NCBI GenBank assembly: GCA_973895155.1
Contig: OZ316896.1
Coordinates: forward strand, 14,790,684-14,854,683
Source of the DNA: Marsupella aquatica
Taxonomy: Eukaryota > Plantae > Marchantiophyta
DNA length: 64,000 nt
Direction of reading: 5' to 3'
Position numbers and translations under genes: made by a program
The notes under the pieces: model-generated
Told to the model about the DNA's origin: nothing
What the model saw: only the letters and a program-made list of their open reading frames with translations
Database searches by the model: none
In this document: positions 23,774 to 34,800 of the stretch, piece after piece
How the letters are laid out: the number at the start of each line of letters is the position of its first letter
Numbering within the stretch: the first letter of the stretch is position 1

Positions 23774-23844
23774 GCACTGCTGGTCTAGTGGTAGAATAGT
23801 ACCCTGCCACGGTACAGACCCGGGTTCGATTCCCGGGCAGTGCA
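23774..23844 (+). tRNA. trnG-GCC: tRNA-Gly (anticodon GCC)
   Basis: GCACTGCTGGTCTAGTGGTAGAATAGTACCCTGCCACGGTACAGACCCGGGTTCGATTCCCGGGCAGTGCA; perfect acceptor stem GCACTGC/GCAGTGC. Confidence 0.97.
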
Positions 23845-24036
23845 CGACAGAAATTTTAGATGTTAAAGCTTTTAGCATGCTGTGATGATGATGATCATCA
23901 TCCCACCCTATGAGATAATGCAGTCGGAAGAGTTTCAACGAGCAAACAAGCTGTAGCAAATTCAAAGAGCTTCTTTTCATCAGATGGAATTAAATGTCTG
24001 GTTGGGTACAGCGCCATTGCTGCACGTAAGTTGGGT

Positions 24037-24495
24037 GAGACCTGCAGTATCGCTCTACTTACTAGTCTGTGGAAATTTACATATATTCACGATACTGAGA
24101 GAGAATGGCTTGTTATGATTTCCAGCTATTTGCTGTGTAGCTCAGGCCGATCCGCTGAATTTGGGATTGGGGTGCTAGTCGATCTCCGAGACCTGCAGTA
24201 TCTCTCTACTTACTACTAGTCTGTGGAAATTTACATATACTCACGATACTGAGAAAAGATGGCTTGTTATGATTTCCAGCTACTTGCTGTAGCTCAGGCC
24301 GATCCGCTGAATATGGGATTGGGGTTCTAGTCGATCTCCGAGACCTGCAGTATCTCTCTACTTACTACTAGTCTGTGGAAATTTACATATACTCACGATA
24401 CTGAGAAAAGATGGCTTGTTATGATTTCCAGCTACTTGCTGTATGTAGCTCAGGCCGATCCGCTGAATTTGGAATTGGGGTTCTAGTCGATCTCC
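24037..24495. repeat. Near-identical tandem repeat, unit about 152 bp x3
   Basis: GAGACCTGCAGTATC...CTAGTCGATCTCC units start at 24037, 24188 and 24340. Confidence 0.95.
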
Positions 24496-24640
24496 TATGA
24501 ATGATGTCTCTCAGGTGTTGTGAGGACTTCTCGAATGATCAAATATGCCCAGCTGAGAACTCTAAACTCGATCCTGTAGATTGGGCTGTACTCAACGTTG
24601 CAGCTTCTACGGTAATGCGGAGTTTATGCCCAGCCGAGGA

Positions 24641-24721
24641 GCTTCTTCGTGTCACTTAGCCCATGCCCTTGCCTATGCTTCTTCGTGTCACTTAGCCCAT
24701 GCCCTTGCCTATGCTTCTTCG
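24641..24721. repeat. Exact 36-bp tandem duplication
   Basis: GCTTCTTCGTGTCACTTAGCCCATGCCCTTGCCTAT x2 plus a partial third copy. Confidence 0.95.
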
Positions 24722-26604
24722 CTCAATATCACACAGCTTCGGGGCTTCGAGAACGCTTCGTCAGATCAAGCTGTTGAATCGAATTTGTCAATCAGCGAAG
24801 TTCTGCTGCTGCTCCTGCTGCTGCGAGACAGCCTACCTGATGGTTCACAGCCCCGTCGAAATCTTCTAAGTCCTACTAAGAAAAAGCTACGGTAGTTTGA
24901 GACATGGCTTTGCTCAAATGCAAAGCCTAAAATGCCCTAGGAACGAAGCAAAGGTGAACGGATTTCTTCGAAGTCTACAGCCGAGAGGTATAAACTTGCT
25001 GCGAAGAGCAGAGAAGAAGAACTCTTTGAGCATAGCAAGAGGGTAACTCATGAAACAAGACGGACTGGTTTTTCCGAACTAGGTAAATCTGTGCTGGAGC
25101 CACACGATACGATCAAGCAATAACATTCATTTAGCTTGTCTGAATGACTTTGTTTGCGCATGCGAAAGACAATGCAGCCAACACAGTCTTTCTGACATGC
25201 TTCCAGCTTCTTTCAAGTAAGCTGTTACTATTTGTGCTGTTCTAGGTCTTTTGTCTTTTAAATTACAGATACAGAAGAAGCTTCTGGTGCACGGGAAGAC
25301 TCATGCCCCTCTCCCCGTTCATGATCTCACCCTCTCTTAGACGAGAACTCTAGGCATTGCCAATTGCTTCAATCCAGGATTGATTTTGTTAGATAGATAC
25401 TTTTCTGTCTGGTAAACTTCGAGAGTATCTTGCAATGTCCGAATTGTTGCTTGCAGCTAGTCCCTTCACGGGTATCTGGAATATGCCACGGTACTCTAAT
25501 TGATTCATGTAGAAGATGCGCAATTTCCTTGTAGGCAGGCAAGTACAGCATTGAGCTGACATCGTTAAAGAAAGGGGAAGAGCAGGTCTGAAAAAATCTG
25601 TGCAGGTCAGCCGTTGCGGTCTTGCGGAAATGCCGTTGTAAATTTAGATTGAAGAAAGCATCTAAGCCTACTTCCTGCAACGCTTATGATTTTCGACTTA
25701 CACATTGAGCACGTAAGAAGCAACTCTCTGTAGGGGGTTTGGGTGATTTGAATTTCCGACTTCTCAAATTTTGACTTCTAGATTTTTTACTTTCTTGGGA
25801 ATTCCTTTGTAAGAGCAAATGGTACTTCTCAAATGTGCTGCCTGATAAATTCCAACCGAACCCATAAGTGGAAACCGGTCCCATTAAACCTTCTCGGATT
25901 CACGCTGATGCGAAAACTGCACAAATATACCCTCATCCTCGGGAAAGTTGCATATGAACCCAGCTTCAAGTCTTTTAGGGAATGCTCTGTTCAGTCGTCT
26001 TAACATCAGTTTTCATGAAATGTGCACGTAGTCTAAAATCGATCTTGCAACCATCTGCATTGATGAATCCATGCAGATCGAATCAAATGCGTACTTTCCT
26101 GACTGCTGTTTCGAGCAGAATACCAGCTTAATATTTCCTGGAAATTATGCTGGATTTATTGTACTGATACGTATTGATATATGATCCATAGAGAGGATGG
26201 AAATAGGCAAGACATATGTTCCCTCCAAACGAGATCCACAAGGAGACGGATTGGGTCTTCTGATCGAAATAGCAAACATCCCAAAGACGAGCAAGAGTCT
26301 TACAGAGTCTTCTATACATGTGTTTATCGACAGGAACACTAGGAATCTCTCTCGTCCGAGACGATGAGCACCAGTAGGAATACACTGTGCAAATGACACG
26401 ATAGTGAACCGTGTAATAATTATTTAACTGCAAAACTGCAACAATATTTTCGAGAGTACGATGAACATGGGAAGTTAGGCTTTCTGCCAGCACAAATGAC
26501 ACTGATAACGAGCCGGGTAGAGCCTGCTCAGCGAAACAAGAAACGTCACAAATAGCTGAGCAGTGGGGAAGTTCGGGATACGTTACCACTCGAGTGCTAT
26601 TGGA

Positions 26605-26692
26605 AGCATGCTCAATTGAGAGGTTGAGCATTGCAAGGAATTCTCTGTAGCATGCTCAATGAGAGGATGAGCATTGACGGGAATTCTCTGTA
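26605..26692. repeat. 44-bp tandem duplication, each unit a small hairpin, just 3' of the DUF599 stop
   Basis: AGCATGCTCAAT.GAGAGG.TGAGCATTG...GGAATTCTCTGT x2; ATGCTCA/TGAGCAT stem in each unit. Confidence 0.85.
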
Positions 26693-26746
26693 CAAATGAG
26701 ATGAGATTGACCGTGAACGGTAATGCTCGTCAATTCCCAGATGGAA

Positions 26747-28118
26747 TTATGGCACCTGATCATGAACCATTCGGTCTGATTTCTCGGCTGAATCACTTAA
26801 ACACACCTTAGACTCAATAGCTGTTAGAGTGAGCTTGAACTCCGAGGCTGTGTCGACTATGTTAAGGAGCAGCACCGTTGCTAACGCACAAACGAATTGC
26901 GGGATAGGGCCAAACAGCCACATGAGCAGGGGAAAGGAGAAGTAGTATGCTCTCAGTCCTAGAGAGAAGAAGTTGGTGCTTCTCTGGATCAGTCGATTCA
27001 CGTACTCGGGGGAGAGCCCTGGAGCATTGTCCCCGATTGGTATTGTGATGAGGAAGCTGCAATGGCTGGAAAATCGGATTGACTGCACATGGAGAACGAA
27101 GGCCATGAAGAAGCAAACCAAAAGGGCGAGGTACTTCACTTGGAGTATCGTCATGTCATGAGCGCCCACGATTAGCTTGCTGGTCTTTGAAGCGGAGTTC
27201 CCTGTGAACAAAGCTCCTAGCAACGAACTCAGAGTAATAGCCGTAGAAGCCAGAAGCGTGGATGCCATAATGCTGTTCCGAATCGTCTGGACCGCCAACA
27301 CTCCGTTCGCTTTACCGTCCTGAACTCACAAGAAAATCCTCATTCTTTTAAGGTTCGCATGTTTCATCAGCAAGCCTTTTTACAGCATTCCTTGAGATCA
27401 GGCTGACTTAGAGACTAGCAACCACCAATTTCAGAATTCGAATCAAACATGGAGAGATTAGCTCCAGGGTAACAGCTAATGGCCAGAATTGTAGACAATA
27501 ACTCATAATTATATTCATGTTCCTCGTGTTCACCAATCCAAGTAAAAGTATTTTTCACTGATGCTATCCAGAGCTGACATGTCTCAGTAATTCGCTAAAC
27601 ACTACAATGCAACAATTTTGCACGCTTTCAACAGTTATAGGAGAGTAGGGTCTCTGAAGGGGTGAAGTGAATGTCGCGTTGTGCACCGCGGCTGATTGGA
27701 AGAATTTCACTAAAAGAAATCCTTCCAAGATGCCCAAGGTTGTCAGTTCGCCCGCAGCGTCGAGGACAACTTATCGATTGGTCAAACGTTTGCATGACGC
27801 CTCACAAAGACTCTGCTTCGTTTGTGTCCAGCATCGAGGGACATTACATACGCAGTAGAGTTCACGAACGAATCGTTGATGCACGGTGGGAACCTATCCA
27901 TGATACAGCTAAAATGTTGTACGAATTGGCGAACAAGTAATGGCACACACCTTCATAATGAACTCTACCCAGGCTCGACGGTTGACATGGTTGACCCCGA
28001 TCACAGTATTCAATGGGTCGTTACGAATTTTGTACCAGAGCCGAAGATGGTAGCCAACCATCAAAATCTGCCCGACGGGCACCAACACCGCGTCCAGGTA
28101 AGGGTCCTTCCAAACCAT
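26747..28118 (-). CDS. DUF599 family membrane protein (2 exons: 27951-28118, 26747-27319)
   Basis: YLDAVLVPVG..YHLRLW...TVIGVN..NRRAWV..IMK | DGKANGVLAVQTIRNSIMASTLLASTAITL...KY..L..F..AF...QSIR...GLRAYYFSFPLLMWLFGP; GT-AG phase-0 intron. Confidence 0.93.
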
Positions 28119-29545
28119 GGCTTCGTCAATGTCCTCCCTCCCTCTGCTGCTTAACTCACTCGCTCACCGGTTTTCATGTATCGACCATCTCCAGAATCCG
28201 ATTCCAGTGAAGGTTTCAGAGTACATGCCTGAGGAAGGCTATCCGACGTAAGTGAATCGGTCTGGATGAACCGAGAAACGATGCGTGCGCTTCCATCCTT
28301 TTCTTGTGGCAGAAGTGATGATGAACAACTCTTTACACCTATGCTACAGGAATGTTTCCCATCATCTTTCGTAGGATAGTAAGGGCTGTCTTGCATGTAG
28401 TCGGGCTTTCTTTTGCGGCCCTCACTTCGCCCGAGATTCTCGGAGTAAAGCCGTTGAAAATGCACCACCGCATATGATGGTGCTGCTATGTGTCACTGGG
28501 ACAGGCTTTAGTGGCCCACCTTTGATGTTTCCATGTTCACATCTGCAGAGACACTTTGCACGGAAGTGTTGCCTCTGGACTCAGCACTGCATGTGACTCC
28601 ACAAACGAGCCTCACACAAAGGCCAGTATCCACAGGTCGACGATGGATAACACGAACGAGCTCCACGAAAGTTCCTGTCAGCATTATTTAAACATCTCGC
28701 TGTCTCGGCAAGAGGAAGGGAAGGGAAAGGAGGGAAGATCGAGAGGAGAAAGAATGACAAGAGGTCACAGGAAGGACTAGGATCTGACAAGAAAAATTGC
28801 CGAGTTTCTAGTAGAAAAGGGAGATCCGCTCGATTTCCGAGACGGTTTATAGCGAGTAGTGGGAGGAGTTCGTGTGGCCAGCTAATCAACTACTGTAGTC
28901 AGTAATGTTCAAGTTTACTTCTTTTCGTCATCCAGTTGCAATCTATTCTGCTGTTCTTGATGGGCGAGTCTCAAACTAGATCCCTGACTTCCCAAATTCC
29001 ATCGATCAGATCTCAAACATGGAAAACCAGAAACATCCCAGACAGAAAAACTGATGGTCATTTCGAACCGCATTTAGGCATGATTGTGATGAGCCTGATG
29101 TCCACACATCCCCCTCATCTCGTAAGCTGCAAATCTAATTGAAACACTGAACGCTCTCCGATCCCTTCCAGTGCTATCGATGTTCCAAGAACAAAACGAA
29201 GATGCAGTCTCGGTACTCGTGTTGCCAAATTCGCACCTGGCGACTTCAAATAATGCAGTCTCTGTGCTGTTCTTGCCAAATCAGCAGCTGACGAAGCGTT
29301 CGAAGCAGACCGCCTCGAGAGAGCTGCGAATTGACGCAGCTGCGAGCTGACAGAAGCCATATGCAGGGCCGGGGCCGTTTTGCAGGGTGACTACCAGGCC
29401 GCACGGAAAACTAACAGACAGCACTTGAACGACAGGTGTAAAGTGAATCATTCTGTTTTATCCAAATTTCCAATGTCCGGACCTCAAAGGCCGGAAACTT
29501 GTCTGCCTTTGCCCTCTTCTGATTTCCACTTCCTGCCTCAAGATG

Positions 29546-29729
29546 GGGCTCTAGGCATGAAAATCAGTGTGTACAATATGATGCCAGGAGTTCAATTCAG
29601 GGCTGCAATTTCCGGCCAATGCTCCAGTACTTAACTGCCGTGACGCCTTCCGCGAGATCCGCGAGAAGGGGCTGTAGGCATGAAAATCTGTGTGTATAAT
29701 ATGATGCCAAGAGTTCAATTTAGGCTGCA
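29546..29729. repeat. Direct repeat of about 62 bp x2 with a spacer of about 60 bp
   Basis: GGGCT.TAGGCATGAAAATC.GTGTGTA.AATATGATGCCA.GAGTTCAATT at 29546 and about 29669. Confidence 0.85.
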
Positions 29730-29849
29730 AAAGAAAAAGAAAGGGCCTACATGCAAGACAGCCCGGTCCTGCCAATGCGAAGGTGACGCGATCTCCGCAA
29801 GAAAACGTGACAGGCAATGAGATTCATTGTCGTGTTCCAGCGAGGTTCG

Positions 29850-31428
29850 TTTCACATTACACACCTTTCGGCTTCTCGAAGGATATTGTTTACAAGAAAT
29901 GACGAGGAAGACACGACAGTCAACGCTGGGAACCCGGCCTCACGCTTGATAGAGAAAATATTCTGTGTGTGTCTCCCTCGCACGCTGCTGTATACTGTTA
30001 CCATAAGCAAAACTGCAGTGAGGTCTTCTGGCAAACGGCTGGTGCCATTGCGATCCGTGCGCAGGCTTGCTGGATGCCTCTAGTTATTCGGCGTCTTGAC
30101 TGCAGATGGTAGCCTTCACAGACAAAAGCCCCCCAGTCGCCACGGTCAGCGATACTGACAGACTGCACGGATTACAAGGGATGGTGGCGACAACCAATGT
30201 TTGTTCAATGGAAGTTCAAAGAGCGTCTCCCGCCAAACCAATCGACATTGCCTTCACCTCAATTCTAGAATATAGTGCAGCCACCAATTACAAACAGATT
30301 TAGATTGTTCCGTTACCTTTTCCAAGGTCCTTCGCCTGCACTCCTGCAGACTTCGTGGTCCTGTTGCCCGCCCGCATTTGGCAAGCTATAATGCGATCTC
30401 TGTATCAAAGTGGTTTTGGAACTTTGAACAGGTCTCGGTTTGGGTTTTTCTCAATCAGGGCTTCCAATGTGACGCAGCTTGGGAGGTTCAATGAGTGAAT
30501 GACTAAAAGAAGTGAAGAATCCGGAAGAATGCTTGGAGTCGGTTACTTAACAAAATTCGTGGTTAAGAACATTCGGCGATAAGAACTCCGAGAAATCGTC
30601 CGCGAAATTGAAAATCCGCATGTAGCATCTCCACTCATAAAGCAGATATTGCGAGTAAACTGTCAATTAACGCGTCAAGTCTACCAGAAAGGCTTCGCTT
30701 ACAATACCTTGCAGCTTATTTCGTCCTTTTCAGATACCTTTGTGATTCCTAATTGACACAAGGTCTACGTCAACTTTGAATGGTACTGTAGGTTCGACAT
30801 GGATCTCGTATCTCAGAAAGCGCCGTAAAGCTGAAATGAAGAAGCGTCTCGTTTCCGTCCCTCAATTTGAATCATCTCACCTAAGCGGGCAACCTGTCTA
30901 CGAACCGAATGCACTGCAGCTCTCTATTGCGTGCGTTTACCCTCACAACTTAAAATGCACAGAAGAAGTTAAAATTGAACCTGTTCGCAAGACGAACGCA
31001 ATCTATTCAAAGCAGAGGACCTCAATCACGTAACCAAAGAACGAAACGAGGTTCAGCATAGCGATGATCTCGTGACCCGAGGTAGTCGATGACTACAGAA
31101 GCGCTGAAATGTCGGCTACCTACTTCGTCAATGTCTTGCAAACTACAGACCCTCATCATCAAGACTTACCAATGAACGGAAGATGATCATACACCTCGGG
31201 AATTCATACATATAACTGTGCCAAACGTTGCCTCCTGATTGGGACACGGCGATACCAGACATTCCAACATGACCGTTTACCGGAGAGCATAATTGAGAAG
31301 AAATAATACGTCGTGGGGACGCCTGCTGCCATCGGCTCTTGAACTGTGTCTTGGCGCTGCCTCTCGTACTCATCGTCGTACCCTAGACAGCGCGAAAGAG
31401 GAACGAAGGACGGAAGGTTGCTAGCCAT
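29850..31428 (-). pseudogene. Highly decayed RNI-like LRR gene (possibly TORNADO1/Roco-like)
   Basis: ATG at 31428 (MASNLPSF...). Broken frames give RNI-type fragments LEALIEKNPN, SAGVQA..LGKGNGTI, EVKAMSIGLAGDAL and EAGFPAL...LVNNILRE, with many stops and frameshifts. Confidence 0.35.
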
Positions 31429-31863
31429 GAAGCACGTAGCAACGAAGAAACAACAGTGCAGTACGAGTTCTTGCTCGCAGCTCAATTGAGGTAGCGGCAC
31501 GTGTTGCCATCAGGTGCCACTTCGTCAGCATTGTTTTGTGATAGGTTTCGATTTGAAACGCAGAGAGTTGAGTTCGCCGTCATTCAGGGATAGAGATACA
31601 GGACACTGTCGGCTGATCTGCTCCTGCGGAAACCTTTCCGCTTCGGGCATCGTCTTGGTGGCGACGGGGCTTGACCGATCTTCCGGGTGATCTTCAGTGC
31701 TACACGCCGAGGAGTTGGTGAGAAAAGCTGTCACAGGAAAGAGCTCGCCCGGGCTCGTCTTTGCTGCGGTTTCTGCGATGGGAATCGAGGCAACTCGTTC
31801 GTTCTTGTTGTGTTGAGTCAATGTCGAGAACGACAGTGGATTGATTAAAATTAATTGTCGAAC

Positions 31864-34800
31864 ATGGAGGCGGACGGTAACGGAGAGTTTATGGAGGGCG
31901 TGAATTATGATAGGAATGGGAATGAAGATCTTGCGACGAGGGAGGGCGACGAGGAGGATGAGGAGGTGGCAGCGGCGAAAGCGGAGGCACGGAACGAACA
32001 GAAAGTGTTTCTCACTGCCCGGGAGCTCGACCATGCTATTACTGCTCTCCTGCAGCTAGAGAGTTTCGATGCAGCCAAGCAAGGCGCAGCCAACGAGTGG
32101 CTGACAGAATTTGTAAGCAAGCCTTTTGCTTGGACTGCCGCTCTGTCTGTGGCATTCCCGCCGGAGCATTATTCTGGTGTGGGAAGGTCCATGGAAGTTC
32201 GATACTTCACTTTGAACATTCTTCTGGGGAAAATCAGGTCTGATTGGATTCAGCTGGGAAGCGACGATGCATGGGAGATATACCAGACTGTGCTGGCCCA
32301 GCTGTCCTCCAACTTGGACGACCCTTGGTTTGCATCACGGCTCTTGGTGCTCGTGAGCGCTGCAGCTGCGGTTGCTGGTGAGGAAGCCGCCATTGAGGTG
32401 AAAAATCGTTCCGTCTGTTGAGTTGAATTTAATTGGATCATATTCTGTCTAATCCTAAAGGGTGCCATCAGACTTTGGGCAGGCGAATGATACACTTGTC
32501 TCTGCACTGAGAATTTCATTAGTAAAGAGCTCTCCTCGGCCTATCAACATTTCTTCCCCTGACCATTGTGTGGGGGACTTTGACAGTTAGCAGCTTTGCA
32601 TTGCAAGCGACTTACTTCTTTTAAAATCACCAAACTTGAAGGACAATTCACCCGTTGCTTACAACTTGAGCTTCTAATGACAGAGAAGTGTATGAAGTAG
32701 AGAATTTTTGAATCGGATCTTGTGTTATTCAGGTTGCATTTACGTGAACAGAACTTGAAAGTACGAGCTGCATTGCAAAGGCATAAGCCTTGCGAATAGT
32801 GTGCCAAGTACCACATCTTACCACCCCTTCAAAGTTTTCTGGGTCAGAAGTTTAACCACTGAAGAGATTGGTGTATTATCTGTCCGCAGTTGGTGCGACA
32901 ATGCTTGGGCCCAAAGCCAATCGTGGAGGACTCTCTTGTTTATGAACTTCTCACTGCTATCGCCGAAGAGGTTTTCATGCGCACCTTCGCCCTTTCTGCA
33001 GAGGTAAAGGAAATACAAGCCACATCTCATGTGCAACCCAGTCCATCCGTTCTCACACTGCTGCTTATTTCTCTGAAGGTTAATAAACTCGCAGCCTCTA
33101 TTGATTATGCGATCCTTTAAATACCAAGTTATCCTGCGTGCAAAATGACTCAAACTTGGTAATCATTCATAGTTCCTCTGCGATATTTAGTGTCAGTACA
33201 AATGAGGGTACACAAAAGAGAGTACTCATAAACTTCAGGATTTTGTTCGTGCAAGCATTTGGATTGAGGATGTCCTATCCTTGTCAAGAATCACTGGCAG
33301 TTTCCTATTGACGCTACAGAATGTTCGCTCCTTTTGAAATGGCCCATTCTAAAGATGCTTTCAACCAGCTTGCGAGGCACCACAAGATATTGTCTAAACA
33401 CTCCACCACAATGGGACTGAGTGCAAATGGTTCGAGTTGCAGATCCTAATAAGAAAAATGACTAAGCTTGATTGGAATGTGAATATACCCCAGGTGGTGG
33501 CTGCCATGCGAGATATAAGCACAGATGTTGTGCAGTTTCTTGAAAATAAAGTAAACGACGTTTTAGATTCACAACAGTTGGCAAATATCTTCATCTGTCT
33601 TGAAAGATGGTAGGAAACCTTATGTACTATCTTGCTAAACAATTTGTGTCTGATACATCATTTCTGTTTAGAAACCAATTTCAAGGTTGGTTTTATTATC
33701 AAGATCTCGATTTTTTTATTTAATTTGAATCCGACTCTTTGGCATAATTTTGTTAATTTTGTACAGAAACTTAAGCAGATATGGAGCTATTTACTGTTGG
33801 GTTGACTTGTGTTTCACTCTGAGCAGGATGAATGCAGGATTCACATTATCAGAACTTTACTCAACCTATCCAAATCTCCTCAAAGCCTTGTTTGCGGCAT
33901 TGAATTCTCAGGATGACAAATGCTTTGAAGCTGCTGTATCAACTCTCTCCGAATATATTGCTGCGGTTGATCTCCTGCCGGAAAGAGGAGCAGCTGTGCG
34001 ATTGAGTATATCTGGTGATCATGATTGGAACCCATCAATCTACAGTGCATGGAGTTCTCAGGACCTGTTATAGATTCGGTGGGATTTTTGGCATGAGTTT
34101 GACCTCTACCAAATAACGAACTTGCCATGGTTCCAATTTCTGCCGTGTTTTCCTGTCTTCCTAGGTATTTGTCTGTCTAATAGAGATCAGCAATTTTTCC
34201 ACCAAGGTCTGCTCATCACTCGGTTTGTTTTCTATCAAGCGTGCAGCAATTCTGGCACACCGGCAACTGTACATGGCAGCTGGATCAACTGGAGAGCTTG
34301 CATCTCAATTTTTAAAGAGCCGCTCTCGAGGACTTTTAATACTAGTCACTGTGTTGGCATCAAGTGAAGCTTCACTTGTTGCTCAGGGAGGTAGTGAAGC
34401 CTCAAGTCTGCTAGATTGGCTAGTCGATGCATCAGGTGGAGGCGGTGGTCTCAGCTTTGAGGGAGCAACAATTGCTGCTGCAGCTTGGCCACGACTTGCA
34501 GCTGTCCCTGTCTCTAAACGATCAGATATTCTTAATTCCTCACGTTTTGCAACAGCTGCCAAGGTTTGGTTTCATTAGCGAGTCCTCCGAACAAAGTTCT
34601 GGAACAGATTGCCAATATTGTAGCAACGCATCTCATATATCACCACTCTAGTAAACATGTATTACAAGCCTGTTCTTACCTGGTATACAAATATATAATG
34701 TGCTCTTGTGGATGGGCCAGGCAGTCTTGCAGGCACAAAAATACCCTCCAGTGTATGAAGATTGGGACATTTTAGGTTTTGAAGATGATTTTTTAAGGTA

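Noticed and set aside
23845-24000. Dicistronic tRNA-Gly/snoRNA
   Set aside because: A T4 run follows the tRNA within about 13 nt, the box-C-like TGATGA is part of a (GAT)n microsatellite, and there is no box D at a suitable distance.
24037-24560. Tandem C/D snoRNA cluster
   Set aside because: Box C is degenerate, there are no terminal stems, and I recognised no rRNA-antisense element.
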